Made by a program: the position numbers and the translations under genes
Part shown: in pieces, positions 40,213-54,574 of the stretch
Layout: every line of letters starts with the position of its first letter
Position numbering within the stretch: the first letter of the stretch is position 1
Source of the DNA: Octopus sinensis
Lineage: Eukaryota
Assembly: GCF_006345805.1 (NCBI RefSeq)
Contig: NC_043011.1
Location: 57,238,464-57,302,463, forward strand
Length of the DNA: 64,000 nt
Direction of reading: 5' to 3'
Notes under the pieces: model-generated
Seen by the model: the letters and a program-made list of their open reading frames with translations, nothing else
What the model was told of the DNA's origin: nothing
Databases searched by the model: none

Positions 40213-40653
40213 ACAAACTTCTGCATTGTTTCATTTATGTTTATAATATTTCACTCATAGCGTAAAGATGAGCCCGAGGCTATGGATGATAGGAGACACT
40301 GGGCCAAGGAAACGCAGGATAGGATCGAACCCTGAAGCACGACGCTGCGAGGCGTACGTCTGAACCAGAGACCCATGTTTGCACTCACATACGTACGTAC
40401 GAACGTACACACATACACCCACCCACCCACATAAACATAAATATGCATACATATATGTGCGTATGTATACACACACACACACACAGAGGTAGATGAGAGA
40501 CAGATATTCTTTGTATAGAATACACCTCGCTGTGCCCAAGAGATGTAAACTTGAGCAGGTAAAGAAGTAAATGTGTGGTGTGTGTGTGTGTGTGTATTAT
40601 ATATATATATATGTATCTCTCTTTCTGTCTCTCTATACATATATATATATGTG

Positions 40654-40707
<54 letters not shown>

Positions 40708-43551
40708 TGTATCTCTCTCTCTATATATATATGTGTGTGTGTATGTGTGTGTGTGTGTGTGTGTGTGTTTGAACACATTCACGCATAACCAGTACACACA
40801 TACGCACATATGTAATAATATTAGTTATTAGTTTTAATGCTTGCGTAAGGAAACCTTATTACAAACGACATCGTGACAAGGGCTGCCGAGCAAAAATTGA
40901 ACGGCCGCCTCCGCCCACCCGGTTCCCGGAGAACCGATTCCTGCTTGGAGCTAATTAGTTTTACTTAGAAATGCCTATTCTCTTTAGAAAGGTGTGAACG
41001 TCACAGAGTCTCACTTCCGTCGCATAATAAATATATTATAACAGTTATTACGATTACACATTATTAGGATAGACGTTGCCAGACCTCTCGGCACCTCGGT
41101 TTACTATAGACATTTCACATTTGATAAATATATTCAGAAGAAATATATTTATCAAATATAGTATTACTATTTCTATCAAATTATTCGATATTTTCTGCGG
41201 ATGAAATGTTTCACATCATAAGTTCTGACCCGGTCCAGTTCCTTAATCAGATAATGTGGTGTAATGGAGTTAGATGGATGCAGACAAAGTGGTTAAAAAG
41301 ATAGTTTTGCAATCACGAGGTTCTGCGTTCGGCTCTTTTGCTCGAAATCAAGACCAAATGATTTTTTTTTATTGAAGTTTCCCGGCGGCCAAAGCCCTGT
41401 GACTTAAAATTGAGTATTCGGAAACTGTGTGGAAGCCTTTGAGAATGAGATTTATAAAAGACTAAACTTGTTACTCTCACTGTCACGCTGATTTTCCATG
41501 TGGTTCACAATAAAGATATGGCTGTGTGGATTAGAAACTCGCTTCGCATCTTCGGCATTTTCTGCTATAGCTCCGGACCGATCAATGCCTTGTGAATTAA
41601 TCCCTTGACCATGGGAACACTCCATCCGACCCGTAATTGTCCAGCGTGGACAGGTGGTCCTTTATCTTTTAGCAGGAATAAACTCATCCAAATTGCTGAA
41701 TTAGCCAAGTCATTAGAGCGTCGGATCTGCCGCTTAGTCAGAGATGTGGTGATGAGGATGCTTCGCTCCAGGTGTCACTTTTGGGTCTATAATCCTGTAT
41801 AGGGGGTGAAGTAGGAGTAATAAACAAATGGGTTGCCCCCAGTCGCACATACTCTAAATACGTCACTTTGTCGGAGAGAATTTCTTGCAGTATTCATTCT
41901 GGTTCTCAGCATCTCTAAGTTCAAATCCTGTCGAGGCCAACTTTAAATTTCAGCTTCTCGCCACTCGATGAATAAGAACCAGAGCAGAAGAACGGAGCAG
42001 AGGTTTCCACCTTATAATTTTATTTTATTGTTGTTTTACCTAAGATCTGTTGGTTGAGTAGCAATATAATCAATGGCGTTACAGCCATGACAAGCCTGTC
42101 TTTTTTTTTTTTGAGGTATTTGTACCCGGGACTGTATTATCAAATATACGAACCAGATGCCTTGTGGTATTTGTACTGGATTTTTATGTTTTGAGATCAA
42201 ATCCCATCTAAGGACTCCGATTGCCAAAGCCAAGAATTCGACCACTGGCACATCCTATTTGACCCACAATCGATGAGTATGGACATGTAGTACTAGAAGC
42301 ATGAATGACCCGGCAGCGGAGGAACATGTTGAGACTTTTTCCAAGAATGGATCGAAAAACGGTTGAATGGAAATGGATTTCTCATTTCAACGATAATTAT
42401 TAAGGCAGGGAAAAAAATATCTCAACAGGCAAAGACGAAGAGTTAATCATTGCTTTTGTCTTCTATAACACGATGAAATATAATAAAACTTTAATGTACT
42501 TCACACACAAAAATAACAAAAGCAACAAGAATATTAAAAGAAGCAAATAAAATAAAAACAGTGACTGGAATTTTTTAAAAAAAAAGGCGGAAGCTTCTTC
42601 CGCAAGGCAAAAGAAAAGAAAAAAAAAGGAAATAAATAAATGAAATAAATTGTTAATAATTTCGATCTGTATTGTGTCTAAGATTATACACTTCTCATTC
42701 TCCACAGCCGGGTTTGAGGAATGATAGCCACAGAGTCGCCGCTTGAATTCATGTTCTTTACACTAAATATTCCGATGTTTCTTGAGGTGAAAAGGTTCAG
42801 TAATAGAAGAAGAAGAAAAAAAAAACGGAAAGAAAAGGAAGGAAATAAAGAAAGAACGCTAGAATCGTTGAATGAGCAATAAATATTCGACCATCGATAA
42901 AATTACAGACTTCTAATGCTTGACTTTGTAAAAATCATTCATCTATAACCTTTCTCCGGCATTTTATATTTGAATGCTAAGACTTGATTTTGTCAGAAGA
43001 AAGAAGGCTTAAGTATTATCTTCAACACCCTGTAACCATCCTATACCAACTTCATCATTAATCATTTGTTTCGTTGTAACAAGTGAACTGCCGCCATGTT
43101 GCTAAGTAACAGCTAGCTCTCAGCTCAAATTTTGCCTTGTCACTTTACATTGCATTGATGGTTGTTTTTATCCGAAGCTAATACTTCTCCATTATTCCGG
43201 CAATCTTAATTACAATTATTAGCGGTTATATTTCATCTTTGGATTTGGCATTTTTCCATTTCGCCATCATGGTCTCGGGGAAATGCTGGCAGAAATGTTT
43301 TCAGTCATTTTCCCCAATTGGACGTTCAGTACATTACAACCACACATTATTTACTTATTCAAGGGCGATTGAATTGGCCAAGTCGGCAACAGCTGCATCT
43401 TATAGTGCTGAGATTCAACGGATAATGTCTTGTTCTGCATTGGAACAGAATCACTTAACTGTCAATCTACCCCACCTTCTGTCCCTTTCGCACACTCTCA
43501 CGTCCATCCATCCATCCATCTGTATATACATAATATATAAAATGTGTGTGT

Positions 43552-43583
<32 letters not shown>

Positions 43584-43585
<2 letters not shown>

Positions 43586-43970
43586 CTAGCAGTATCGCCC
43601 GGCGTTGCTCGGGTTTGTTTCGACCCTTTAGAATTGGAATTTTTGAAAAGTAAGAATTTTGCATTATGTAGCTTGTTATTCTCTTTAAGTGAACATTTTT
43701 CTGTTTGAAATAGACCGAAAAATGGCGACACAGCAGTCAAAACATCGTAAAAAATAAGGATTTTCATAGAAAAAAAAAGCACCTTTTTGATGTAAATAAC
43801 TTTTGGTGTTAACATGGTTCGATTTAAAGTTTTTCTTCTACGGAAGGAAGAGCAAGACTTCTTATCATACTCTCAATTTTGGTTAATTTGCGCCGCAGGG
43901 TCTCGGAGGAGATAGTGTTAGTTGAAGGCTACCAAACCTGCCATACACAGACAACTTCAGCTTTATATAT
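43584..43970 (+). mobile_element. Helitron/Helentron-like non-autonomous element
   Basis: Begins TACTAGcagtatcgcccggcgttgctcggg (terminal hairpin) and ends cagacaacttcagctttatatatag; inserted in (TA)n. Classification is from recalled family structure. Confidence 0.45.
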
Positions 43971-44037
43971 AGAGAGAGATAATGTACATATATATATAAT
44001 GGAATAATTACTATGAAGCATTGTGTAGTATATTGTA

Positions 44038-44270
44038 TAAAGGATCATGGATAAGGCCGGAACAATGTGAGGTAAATGCAAGGCAAATCGCAAGAAACAA
44101 ACATGAATTGATGTAGACTTACTTTGCATCCAATATTTCGTTAATCTCTTGAAAATGGAGTCATAACCCCGAAATATCGAATACAAGGTAAGTTTACATA
44201 AATTCATATTCTTGTTATAATTTGGCTTGCATTTATTTCGCATTGTTCCGGCCTTATCCACTCTCCTTTA
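44038..44270. mobile_element. MITE with long imperfect TIRs
   Basis: ggataaggccggaacaatg ... cattgttccggccttatcc. Confidence 0.7.
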
Positions 44271-44705
44271 TATATGAGAATAATGTTGACAAAGACTTCG
44301 GAGTTTCGGCCTTCTTAACCTTCATCCGATAGGCTAAGGCTAAGCAGGTCCAAACTTGGAAGTTACTGTCAAAAACAATTCGTATAAAAGAATAATAAAC
44401 ATGTACTCTACGCAAGGTATTGAGTAATCCTTTAATATAGAATTGCTTTTATTACAACTCAACATATGGCAGTGAGTTGGTCGATTCGTTATTGCACCGG
44501 AGAAAATACTTAAGGGCATTTTATCCGGTTCTTTGCTTTCCGAATTCAAAATGCCACTGAGATCAACTTTGCCTTTCACCCTTTCGGGGGTCCATGAAAT
44601 AAGTATCTAAGCGCAGACGGGGACGATGTAATCGACTTGCTTCCTCCCCTAAAATTTCAGGATTTGTGCCTATAACAGAGAGGATTATAACTCAACATAA
44701 GCGCG

Positions 44706-44752
<47 letters not shown>

Positions 44753-45128
44753 AAAAATTTAGATTCAGATGAAAGTTAAAGGCACCAGAATTTGGTATGG
44801 TATTATCCATATAAATCAAATGGGGTGATTATAATCAAAATAAGCAACAAGGATATCCAAGGTAGTGTAGTACAATCGTTTCATGCTACTTCATTTTATT
44901 AAACAATGTAAGTAATTGTCTATTTAATTAAAAAAATTCTATATGTGGCTGAAGATTGCTCTGTATTTTAAAACTCATGTAATATATTGTTTAATAAAAT
45001 GAAGTAGCGTGAAACGATTGTCCTACACTACCTTGGATATCCTTGTTGCTTATTTTGAGTATATATATATATATGTGACCTCGTGAGCACCGCCAGCAAT
45101 TTTTTCCCTCTGTCTTCCCTTCTCCTTT

Positions 45129-45163
45129 GTTTCCGACGAAGAGCTCCGCTCGAAACGTTAAAC
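45129..45163 (+). ncRNA. Compact hammerhead-like motif (U4C variant)
   Basis: GTTT-CCGACGA-A-GAGC(tcc)GCTC-GAAA-CG-TT-AAAC. Confidence 0.5.
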
Positions 45164-45500
45164 CCTCCTTCCCTTCTTTCCTAAGCGTCCAATAATACTT
45201 TATTTGTTCCACGTCCTCGCGTTGCTCTGTTTTTTTTTTGTGTTTTCTTGTTTGGATTAACTATATATATATATGAAACGATCGCAGTGTTATACTAATT
45301 ATCTTTTTTTAATAATTTTGATATATATTTAAAATAATATAAATTAATTAATCTTATGTATTGGCTTAAGTTTTTCATTGTATGATTTGCCTAATAGTGG
45401 TTTTATCTCTAATTTAATATAATATAATATTTTACTATAAAATTGGATTCAATCCTAATCTGATTTTTCCCTGTAAGTTTGGATTTATTCCCTAATGTTT

Positions 45501-45562
<62 letters not shown>

Positions 45563-46017
45563 CCATCTTTCTTTTCCTGCACGGACGTTGAAAAGATTGG
45601 ACGTGTTTTTCTTTCTCTCTTCTAGCTTTGCTCTTTTCAAAAGATTGTTTCTCCCAGCGTTCACTATTTCCCTCTCGTTCTGGTCTAACGACCCTCCGTG
45701 TTTGTTTTTGCCCTGTTTCCTCACATGTCTCCACTGTCATTTTTTTTTTGTTCCCAACTTTGACCCTTCATACATTACAAATTTTATTTTAGAAATTATG
45801 GGAGCAACTGTCTTTGAAGACTTATTGCCGTTGAATGCTCGAAATGAGGAGCAGATAGAGAGCCAACAACTGATGAAGGGTCCTTTCTGTGTGTTTATGC
45901 GCAATGTTTTCCATTTTTTTTTCTTGTTTACATATTTTTACTAGTTTTTCTCTCGTTTGTTTACCTATTTCATGTTATTTGCACCGTTGGTGACGTCCTG
46001 TACCCATATAATGTATG

Positions 46018-46073
<56 letters not shown>

Positions 46074-46077
46074 ATAT

Positions 46078-46124
<47 letters not shown>

Positions 46125-46129
46125 ATATA

Positions 46130-46171
<42 letters not shown>

Positions 46172-46179
46172 ATATATAT

Positions 46180-46231
<52 letters not shown>

Positions 46232-46234
<3 letters not shown>

Positions 46235-46545
46235 GAGGCGCAATGGCCTAGTGGTTAGGGCAGCGGACTCGCGGTCGTAGGATCGCGGTTTCGATTCCCA
46301 GACCGGGCGTTGTGAGTGTTTATTGAGCGAAAACACCTAAAGCTCCACGAGGCTCTGGCAGGGGGTGGTGTGCGAACCCTGCTGTACTCTTTCGCGCCAC
46401 ACTTTCTCTCACTCTTTCTTCTGTTGGCCTGCTCGCTTAGCCAGCGGGTGGCGTCACTTGAAGGCTAAAACAATGCGAAAGCGCATTGTGACCAGCGATG
46501 TGTAACAACATCTGATGGCCTGGTCGGTCACGGGTGATCACGGTG
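46232..46545 (+). mobile_element. tRNA-derived SINE (third family), inserted in (TA)n
   Basis: A box TGGCCTAGTGG and B box GGTTTCGATTCC, followed by a non-tRNA body ending gcgcattgtgaccagcgatgtgtaacaacatctgat. Degraded relatives at 57297-57548 (-) and 61163-61415 (+). Confidence 0.85.
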
Positions 46546-46586
46546 ATATATATATATAGAGAGAGAGACTTAGAAATATTATATAC

Positions 46587-46633
<47 letters not shown>

Positions 46634-46820
46634 TTGGTATGTGTGTATGTATACAGGTATATATACATACACACATACATTATACATATACGTATACATA
46701 TACGCACATGCACAAACACGCACACACAGATTCACACACTTAAACGTACATACATACATACACACACATATGCAAGCATATAAATACACATTTGCACAAA
46801 GAAAGAGAGAAAGCGAGAGA

Positions 46821-46858
<38 letters not shown>

Positions 46859-47499
46859 CAGAGAGGGTGAAAAGAGATTATTTCTGTTCTCTTTCACTTG
46901 TTTCTGTCATTGGACTGTAGCCATGCTGGGGCACCACTTCGGAAAACAAACCGGTCACTTTTGCTGAACCGTTAAGTTACGGGGGGCTGTGATCGCAAGC
47001 ACCCATACGCACACAAATCCATATTTTTCTACGTCGGGCTTCACATACCATGTTTCGGTCTACTACAATTTATTCCCAAGGCAGTGGTCGGCCTGGATCT
47101 TAAGAAGATCATAATGTCGAGATACCCCGCAATGGGGAACTGAAAACCCGACAACCACGTTGTTGTCGAGCGAACTTCTACACCACACAACCACTTCTCT
47201 CGCGCCTTGTGGACATTTGCTTCGATAAGCAGAGCTTCTCGACTCAAAATCGTTTATTTACTTTTGTACCTATCATCATTGATGCACCGGGTTACCGTCA
47301 CTATACTTCTAAACATCAATTTTGATCGTCTAAGCTTTGTAGATGTCAAAAATGACCGGCTGACACGCACTTTACAAATCCAGTTTGTATAAACAACAAA
47401 AAGCAACAAAGTTCGAAAGTTTATCATGAAACTCCTTACAGTTATTATCAAAGTTCCAACGACGACACTTCTCTCTTCAGCGTAACCAACCTGGTTACT

Positions 47500-47730
47500 T
47501 GCGAGAAGCTCATAGTACAGAATTCCTTTCCAATCCCACCAGACACAAAGCAAGACTTTTTTAGGGAGAAGACCCGCTTTTGGTGTTGCTAAGGGTGGCT
47601 CATGTCACTGACCCCAGGATCGCTTTCTCTGAACATTTCGGTAGATAATCCATTTCTCATCACCTATCACAATTTGCTTTAAAAAAAGGCGCGTTTTCAT
47701 TCTGTTTATAAAGCGAATCACGGATGGAAA
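47500..47730 (-). mobile_element. mariner transposase fragment (pseudogene); second copy at about 50340-50570
   Basis: FLKQIVIGDEKWIIYRNVQRKRSWGQ*HEPPLATPKAGLLPKKVLLCVWWDWKGILYYELL (GDEKW and WWDWKG motifs). Confidence 0.92.
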
Positions 47731-48169
47731 TGCGATCCAAAAGGGGCCAATTTGCTCGACTCGAGTCGAAAATTCTGCTACCGTGTTTTTGTGTCGTCTC
47801 CAAGAGAAAAAAAGATTGGGACTCATGATCGCCAGATCGTGGGTTCGATTCCCAGATCGGGTTGCAAGTTCTTGTGTAAAGTATTTCATTTCACGTTGCT
47901 TTAGTGCTGCATGGGGACCGAGATGTCAAAGAAGAGAACCAACGTTTGCTTTGCATGGCGCAAAAAAGGTGACTAAAAGATGTCGAAGTAGGATTTACAC
48001 TCCGACCTCGTACATGCCCTCATCAGCAATGACCACTCCCACAAACGGATCCATAGGTTGGAGGATCGTCGCTTGTGTGGCGCAAAGACATTCATCCGTC
48101 AGGAGTAATAAGGAATCACGAAACAAACGGTGGATGCATCAACGCACTGATACAGCGCATTCTCCATAC

Positions 48170-48374
48170 TACTACTGACTACTACACTACTACTACTACT
48201 ACTACTACTACACTACTACTACCACTATCACCACCACCACTACACTACTTACTACTACTACCATTACCACCCACTACTACTTACTACTACTACTACTACT
48301 ACTACGACTACCCACCACCACCACCACTACCACCACCACCACCACCACCACCACCACCACCACCACCACCACCA

Positions 48375-48430
<56 letters not shown>

Positions 48431-48475
48431 ACCACCACCACCGCTACCACTACCACTACTACTACTACTACTTGT
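48170..48475. repeat. (CTA)n/(CCA)n trinucleotide array; copy at about 51005-51302
   Basis: Direct reading. Confidence 0.97.
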
Positions 48476-49297
48476 TAATTGAGGTTTTCTGGCAAAGAAA
48501 ATTCACCACCTAACGCGTGTTTCTGAAAACTCAGTCTGTAACTGGAACAGCCAAAGTATAAAAGGTTTTTCGAAGACATGTAAACCTATTCTGTTGTTCA
48601 GATTAAGTTTCCTGCGAATGAGTTTTGTTTCTTCGTTCGTCAGAAAGAAGTTCCTGTTTCTTTGGACGAATAATTCTAAAATCAAAACAAAACAAACAAA
48701 AACCGAATATAGTGTGTGTGTGTGTTGTGTGTGGTGTGTGTGTATATACGTACGTACATGCATACACAAACGTATATATTCATGTATTAATGCATTTTTA
48801 TACGCATGTGTATATATACGTACATACATACACACACACATATATATATTCACAAAGCGAGAGAGACACAATAAATAAATGTACATGTGTATATACGTGT
48901 ATGTGTATGTGAATATGTATAAATATGTGTGTTTACATGTATGTATATATATATATATATAATATATATATATATATTATATATATACACAATATATATT
49001 TAAATATTCATATACATATATAGACATAATATTTATACATATATATTTTACACATACTGTCTCACACACATATTATAAACTAAATATGCATATATATGTA
49101 CACATATTTATATATACATAAATATGCATATATATACATATAAATATGCATATATATATATATATACATACATGTAAAAACACATGTTTAACATATTCAC
49201 ATACACATACCCGCATATACACATTACATTTATTTATTGTCTGTCTCTCTCGCTTTGTGAATATTATATTGCATGTATATACATGCACACATGTATG

Positions 49298-49339
<42 letters not shown>

Positions 49340-49579
49340 ATATATTATATATATATATATATATAGATATATATAATATATATATATATATGTATATATG
49401 TATATATGTATAGAAAAAGCACACATACACACACAGATAAATATTTGCATGAACAAACATCAGAGATGTGGTACACACACACACCCAAACCACACACACA
49501 CACACACAAGCCTCTATAGACATCAATACAAACACACCACATCTACATAACCAGTTTGTGTTCATGAAATACGTATAAA

Positions 49580-49679
49580 NNNNNNNNNNNNNNNNNNNNN
49601 NNNNNNNNNNNNNNNNNNNNNNNNNNNNNNNNNNNNNNNNNNNNNNNNNNNNNNNNNNNNNNNNNNNNNNNNNNNNNNN
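49580..49679. other. Assembly gap (100 N)
   Basis: Run of N. Confidence 1.
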
Positions 49680-51006
49680 AGAGAGAGAGAGAGAGAGGAT
49701 CAGAGAGGGTGAAAAGAGATTATTTCTTCTGTTCTTTCCCTTGTCTTCTTGTTTCTGTCATTGGACTGTAGCCATGCTGGGGCACCACTTCGAAAACAAA
49801 CCGGTCACTTTTGCTGAACCGTTAAGTTACGGGGGGCTGTGATCGCAAGCACCCATACGCACACAAATCCATATTTTTCTACGTCGGGCTCACATACAGT
49901 TTCGGTCTACTACAATTTATTCCCAAGGCAGTGGTCGGCCTGGATCTATAGAAGATCATAATGGTCGAGATACCCCGCAATGGGACTGAACCCGACACCA
50001 CGTTGTTGTCGAGCGAACTTCTACACCACACAACCACTGCTTCGCCTTGTGGACATTTGCTTCGATAAGCAGAGCTTCTCGACTCAAATCGTTTATTTAC
50101 TTTTGTACCTATCATCATTGATGCACCGGGTTACGTCACTATACTTCTAAACATCAATTTTGATCGGCTAAGCTTTGTAGATGTCAAAAATGACCGGCTG
50201 ACACGCACTTTACAAATCCAGTTTGTATAAACAACAGAAAAAGCAACAAATGTTCGAAAGTTTATCATGAAACTCCTTACAGTTATTATCAAAGTTCCAA
50301 CGACGACACTTCTCTCTTCAGCGTAACCAACCTGGTTACTTGCGAGAAGCTCATAGTACAGAATTCCTTTCCAATCCCACCAGACACAAAGCAAGACTTT
50401 TTTAGGGAGAAGACCCGCTTTTGGTGTTGCTAAGGGTGGCTCATGTCACTGACCCCAGGATCGCTTTCTCTGAACATTTCGGTAGATAATCCATTTCTCA
50501 TCACCTATCACAATTTGCTTTAAAAAAAGGCGCGTTTTCATTCTGTTTATAAAGCGAATCACGGATGGAAATGCGATCCAAAAGGGGCCAATTTGCTCGA
50601 CTCGAGTCGAAAATTCTGCTACCGTGTTTTTGTGTCGTCTCCAAGAGAAAAAAAGATTGGGACTCATGATCGCCAGATCGTGGGTTCGATTCCCAGATCG
50701 GGTTGCAAGTTCTTGTGTAAAGTATTTCATTTCACGTTGCTTTAGTGCTGCATGGGGACCGAGATGTCAAAGAAGAGAACCAACGTTTGCTTTGCATGGC
50801 GCAAAAAAGGTGACTAAAAGATGTCGAAGTAGGATTTACACTCCGACCTCGTACATCCCTCATCAGCAATGACCACTCCCACAAACGGATCCATAGGTTG
50901 GAGGATCGTCGCTTGTGTGGCGCAAAGACATTCATCCGTCAGGAGTAATAAGGAATCACGAAACAAACGGTGGATGCATCAACGCACTGATACAGCGCAT
51001 GCTCCA

Positions 51007-51054
<48 letters not shown>

Positions 51055-51101
51055 CACTATCACCACCACTACTACACTACTACTACTACTACCATTACCA
51101 C

Positions 51102-51135
<34 letters not shown>

Positions 51136-51204
51136 GACTACCCACCACCACCACCACTACCACCACCACCACCACCACCACCACCACCACCACCACCACC
51201 ACCA

Positions 51205-51260
<56 letters not shown>

Positions 51261-51651
51261 ACCACCACCACCGCTACCACTACCACTACTACTACTACTA
51301 CTTGTTAATTGAGGTTTTCTGGCAAAGAAAATTCACCACCTAACGCGTGTTTTTCTGAAAACTCAGTCTGTAACTGGAACCAGCCAAAGTATAAAAGGTT
51401 TTTCGAAGACATGTAAACCTATTCTGTTGTTCAGATTAGTTTCCTGCGAATGAGTTTTGTTTCTTCTTCGTTCGTCAGAAAGAGGTCCTGTTTCTTTGGA
51501 CGAATAATTCTAAATCAAAACAAAACAAACAAAAACCGAATATAATGTGTGTGTGTGGTGTGGGTTGTGGTGTTATATACGTACGTACATGCATACACAA
51601 ACGTATATATTCATGTATTAATGCATTTTTATACGCATGTGTATATATACG

Positions 51652-51692
<41 letters not shown>

Positions 51693-51946
51693 TCACAAAG
51701 CGAGAGAGACACAATAAATAAATGTAATGTGTATATGCGTGTATGTGTATGTGGAATATGATATGTTAAAATATGTGTGTTTACATGTATGTATATATAT
51801 ATATATATATACACAAATATATATTTAAATATTCATATACATATATAGACATAAATTTATACATATATTTACACATACTGTCTCACACACACATATATAC
51901 ACATAAATATGCATATATGTACACATATTATATATACATATAAATA

Positions 51947-51992
<46 letters not shown>

Positions 51993-52128
51993 CATACATG
52001 TAAACACACATATTTATACATATTCACATACACATACACGCATATACACATGTACATTTATTTATTGTCTGTCTCTCTCGCTTTGTGAATATATATATAT
52101 TGCATGTATATACATGCACACATGTATG

Positions 52129-52175
<47 letters not shown>

Positions 52176-53242
52176 ATATGTATAGAAAAAGCACACATAC
52201 ACACACAGATAAATATTTGCATGAACAAACATGCAGAGATGTGGTACACACACACACACACACACACACAAGCCTCTTTAGACATCAATACAAACACACC
52301 ACATCTACATAACCAGTTTGTGTTCATGAAATACGTATAAAATAACGCATACAAACCGATGGTGTGATGACAGCCTTTGATGAGAGGAAACCTGAGCCAG
52401 AGCGACTGATAAATTGCTGCCAGCAATGGACATGTTCACTTCCTTATAAAAGAAATAAAAGATTCTATTTTCAAAATTTGCATCGAAGGAAAAGAAGACA
52501 GTGAAAACATTAATCAATTGTTCACTGGTTGGCCTGATCAATGTACTGCAATGTCATTTCGGGTAGTGTTTGCCGTTTTAATGTCATTCAAAGCTTATCT
52601 CTCTCTTTCTTTCTTTCTTTCCTTCTTTCTTTCTTTCTTCCTCTCTTTCTTTCTTCCTCTCTTTCTTTTTCTTTCCTCCTTTCTTTCTTCTTTCGCTTCT
52701 TTATTTCTTTCTTTCTTTCTTTCTTTCGTTCTTCTTTTATTCTTTCTTTCTTTCTTTCTTTCTTTTATTTTCTTTCTTTCTTTTTTCTTTCTTTTCTTTC
52801 TTTCTTTCTTTCTTTCTTTCTTTCGTTTGCTCCTATCTCTTCTCCCTCCCCCTCTCCTCTCTCGCCCTTTCTCTCCTTCTCTTCTCTCATCTCTTTCTCT
52901 CTCCTCTTTCTATCGCTTGCTCCTCTCTCCCCTCTCTCTCTATCTATCTTTTACTCTTTCTCTTTGCTTGGCTTTCTACCTTTTTCTTTTCTCTCAAACT
53001 TTCTCTTACGTGCAAAAACTGTTGGAAAAAATTACATGTTTGTCTACGAATTTGCGTGTAGGTATATGTATGTATTTATGCATGTATACATGCATGCATG
53101 CTGTGTGTATGTATGTATATATATATATATATATATATGAATATTTATTATATCTATGCATATATATATATATACACACACATGCATGTATATGTAAATG
53201 TATATATATGTACATATACACAGATGCACTTACATATTCATT

Positions 53243-53273
<31 letters not shown>

Positions 53274-53708
53274 TATATATACTTGTAAGTTTTTTGTCCG
53301 CGAGAGGGAGGAGGGAGGGAGGGAGAGAGAGAAGGAGAGAAGGAAAGGGAGATAATAAAGTGAGACGAAGCCGGGAAGAGAAAAAGTATGAAAAAGATCA
53401 ACACAAAAGACAAAGAAACAAATAAAAGCAGTTAAAGAGCCAGATAAGAAAGACAGTAAAACATAAAACTCAAAGTAGGCATAGCATTAGCAACAACAAC
53501 AACAGCAGAATTAACAAAATGGACAATAAAGAAGTGAAACGAAAACCAAAGCCAAAAATATTCTCCCCGCCGAAAAAACGAAACAAAACAAAAATATAAA
53601 AAAAAACGAGTAAAAAATGAAAGCAAAAACAGACCAGATTAGGAATAAAAGAAAAAAATAAATTAGAAAGATGAAAACATGTGATCAATGACGAAACAGA
53701 GATTTGAG

Positions 53709-54516
<808 letters not shown>

Positions 54517-54536
54517 AATGACGAAACAGACTTGTG

Positions 54537-54574
<38 letters not shown>

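Larger units (their letters stand above)
46810..52341. repeat. Direct duplication of about 2.8 kb on both sides of the gap, probably a contig-end overlap
   Basis: gagaggatcagagagggtgaaaagagatt at about 46852 and 49692; ttcatgaaatacgtataaa at 49561 and 52323. Differences are mostly 1-3 bp indels. Confidence 0.9.

Noticed and set aside
46236-46310. Apparent tRNA gene
   Set aside because: A and B boxes are present but it continues into a SINE body with other copies in the window, and no clean acceptor stem was seen.
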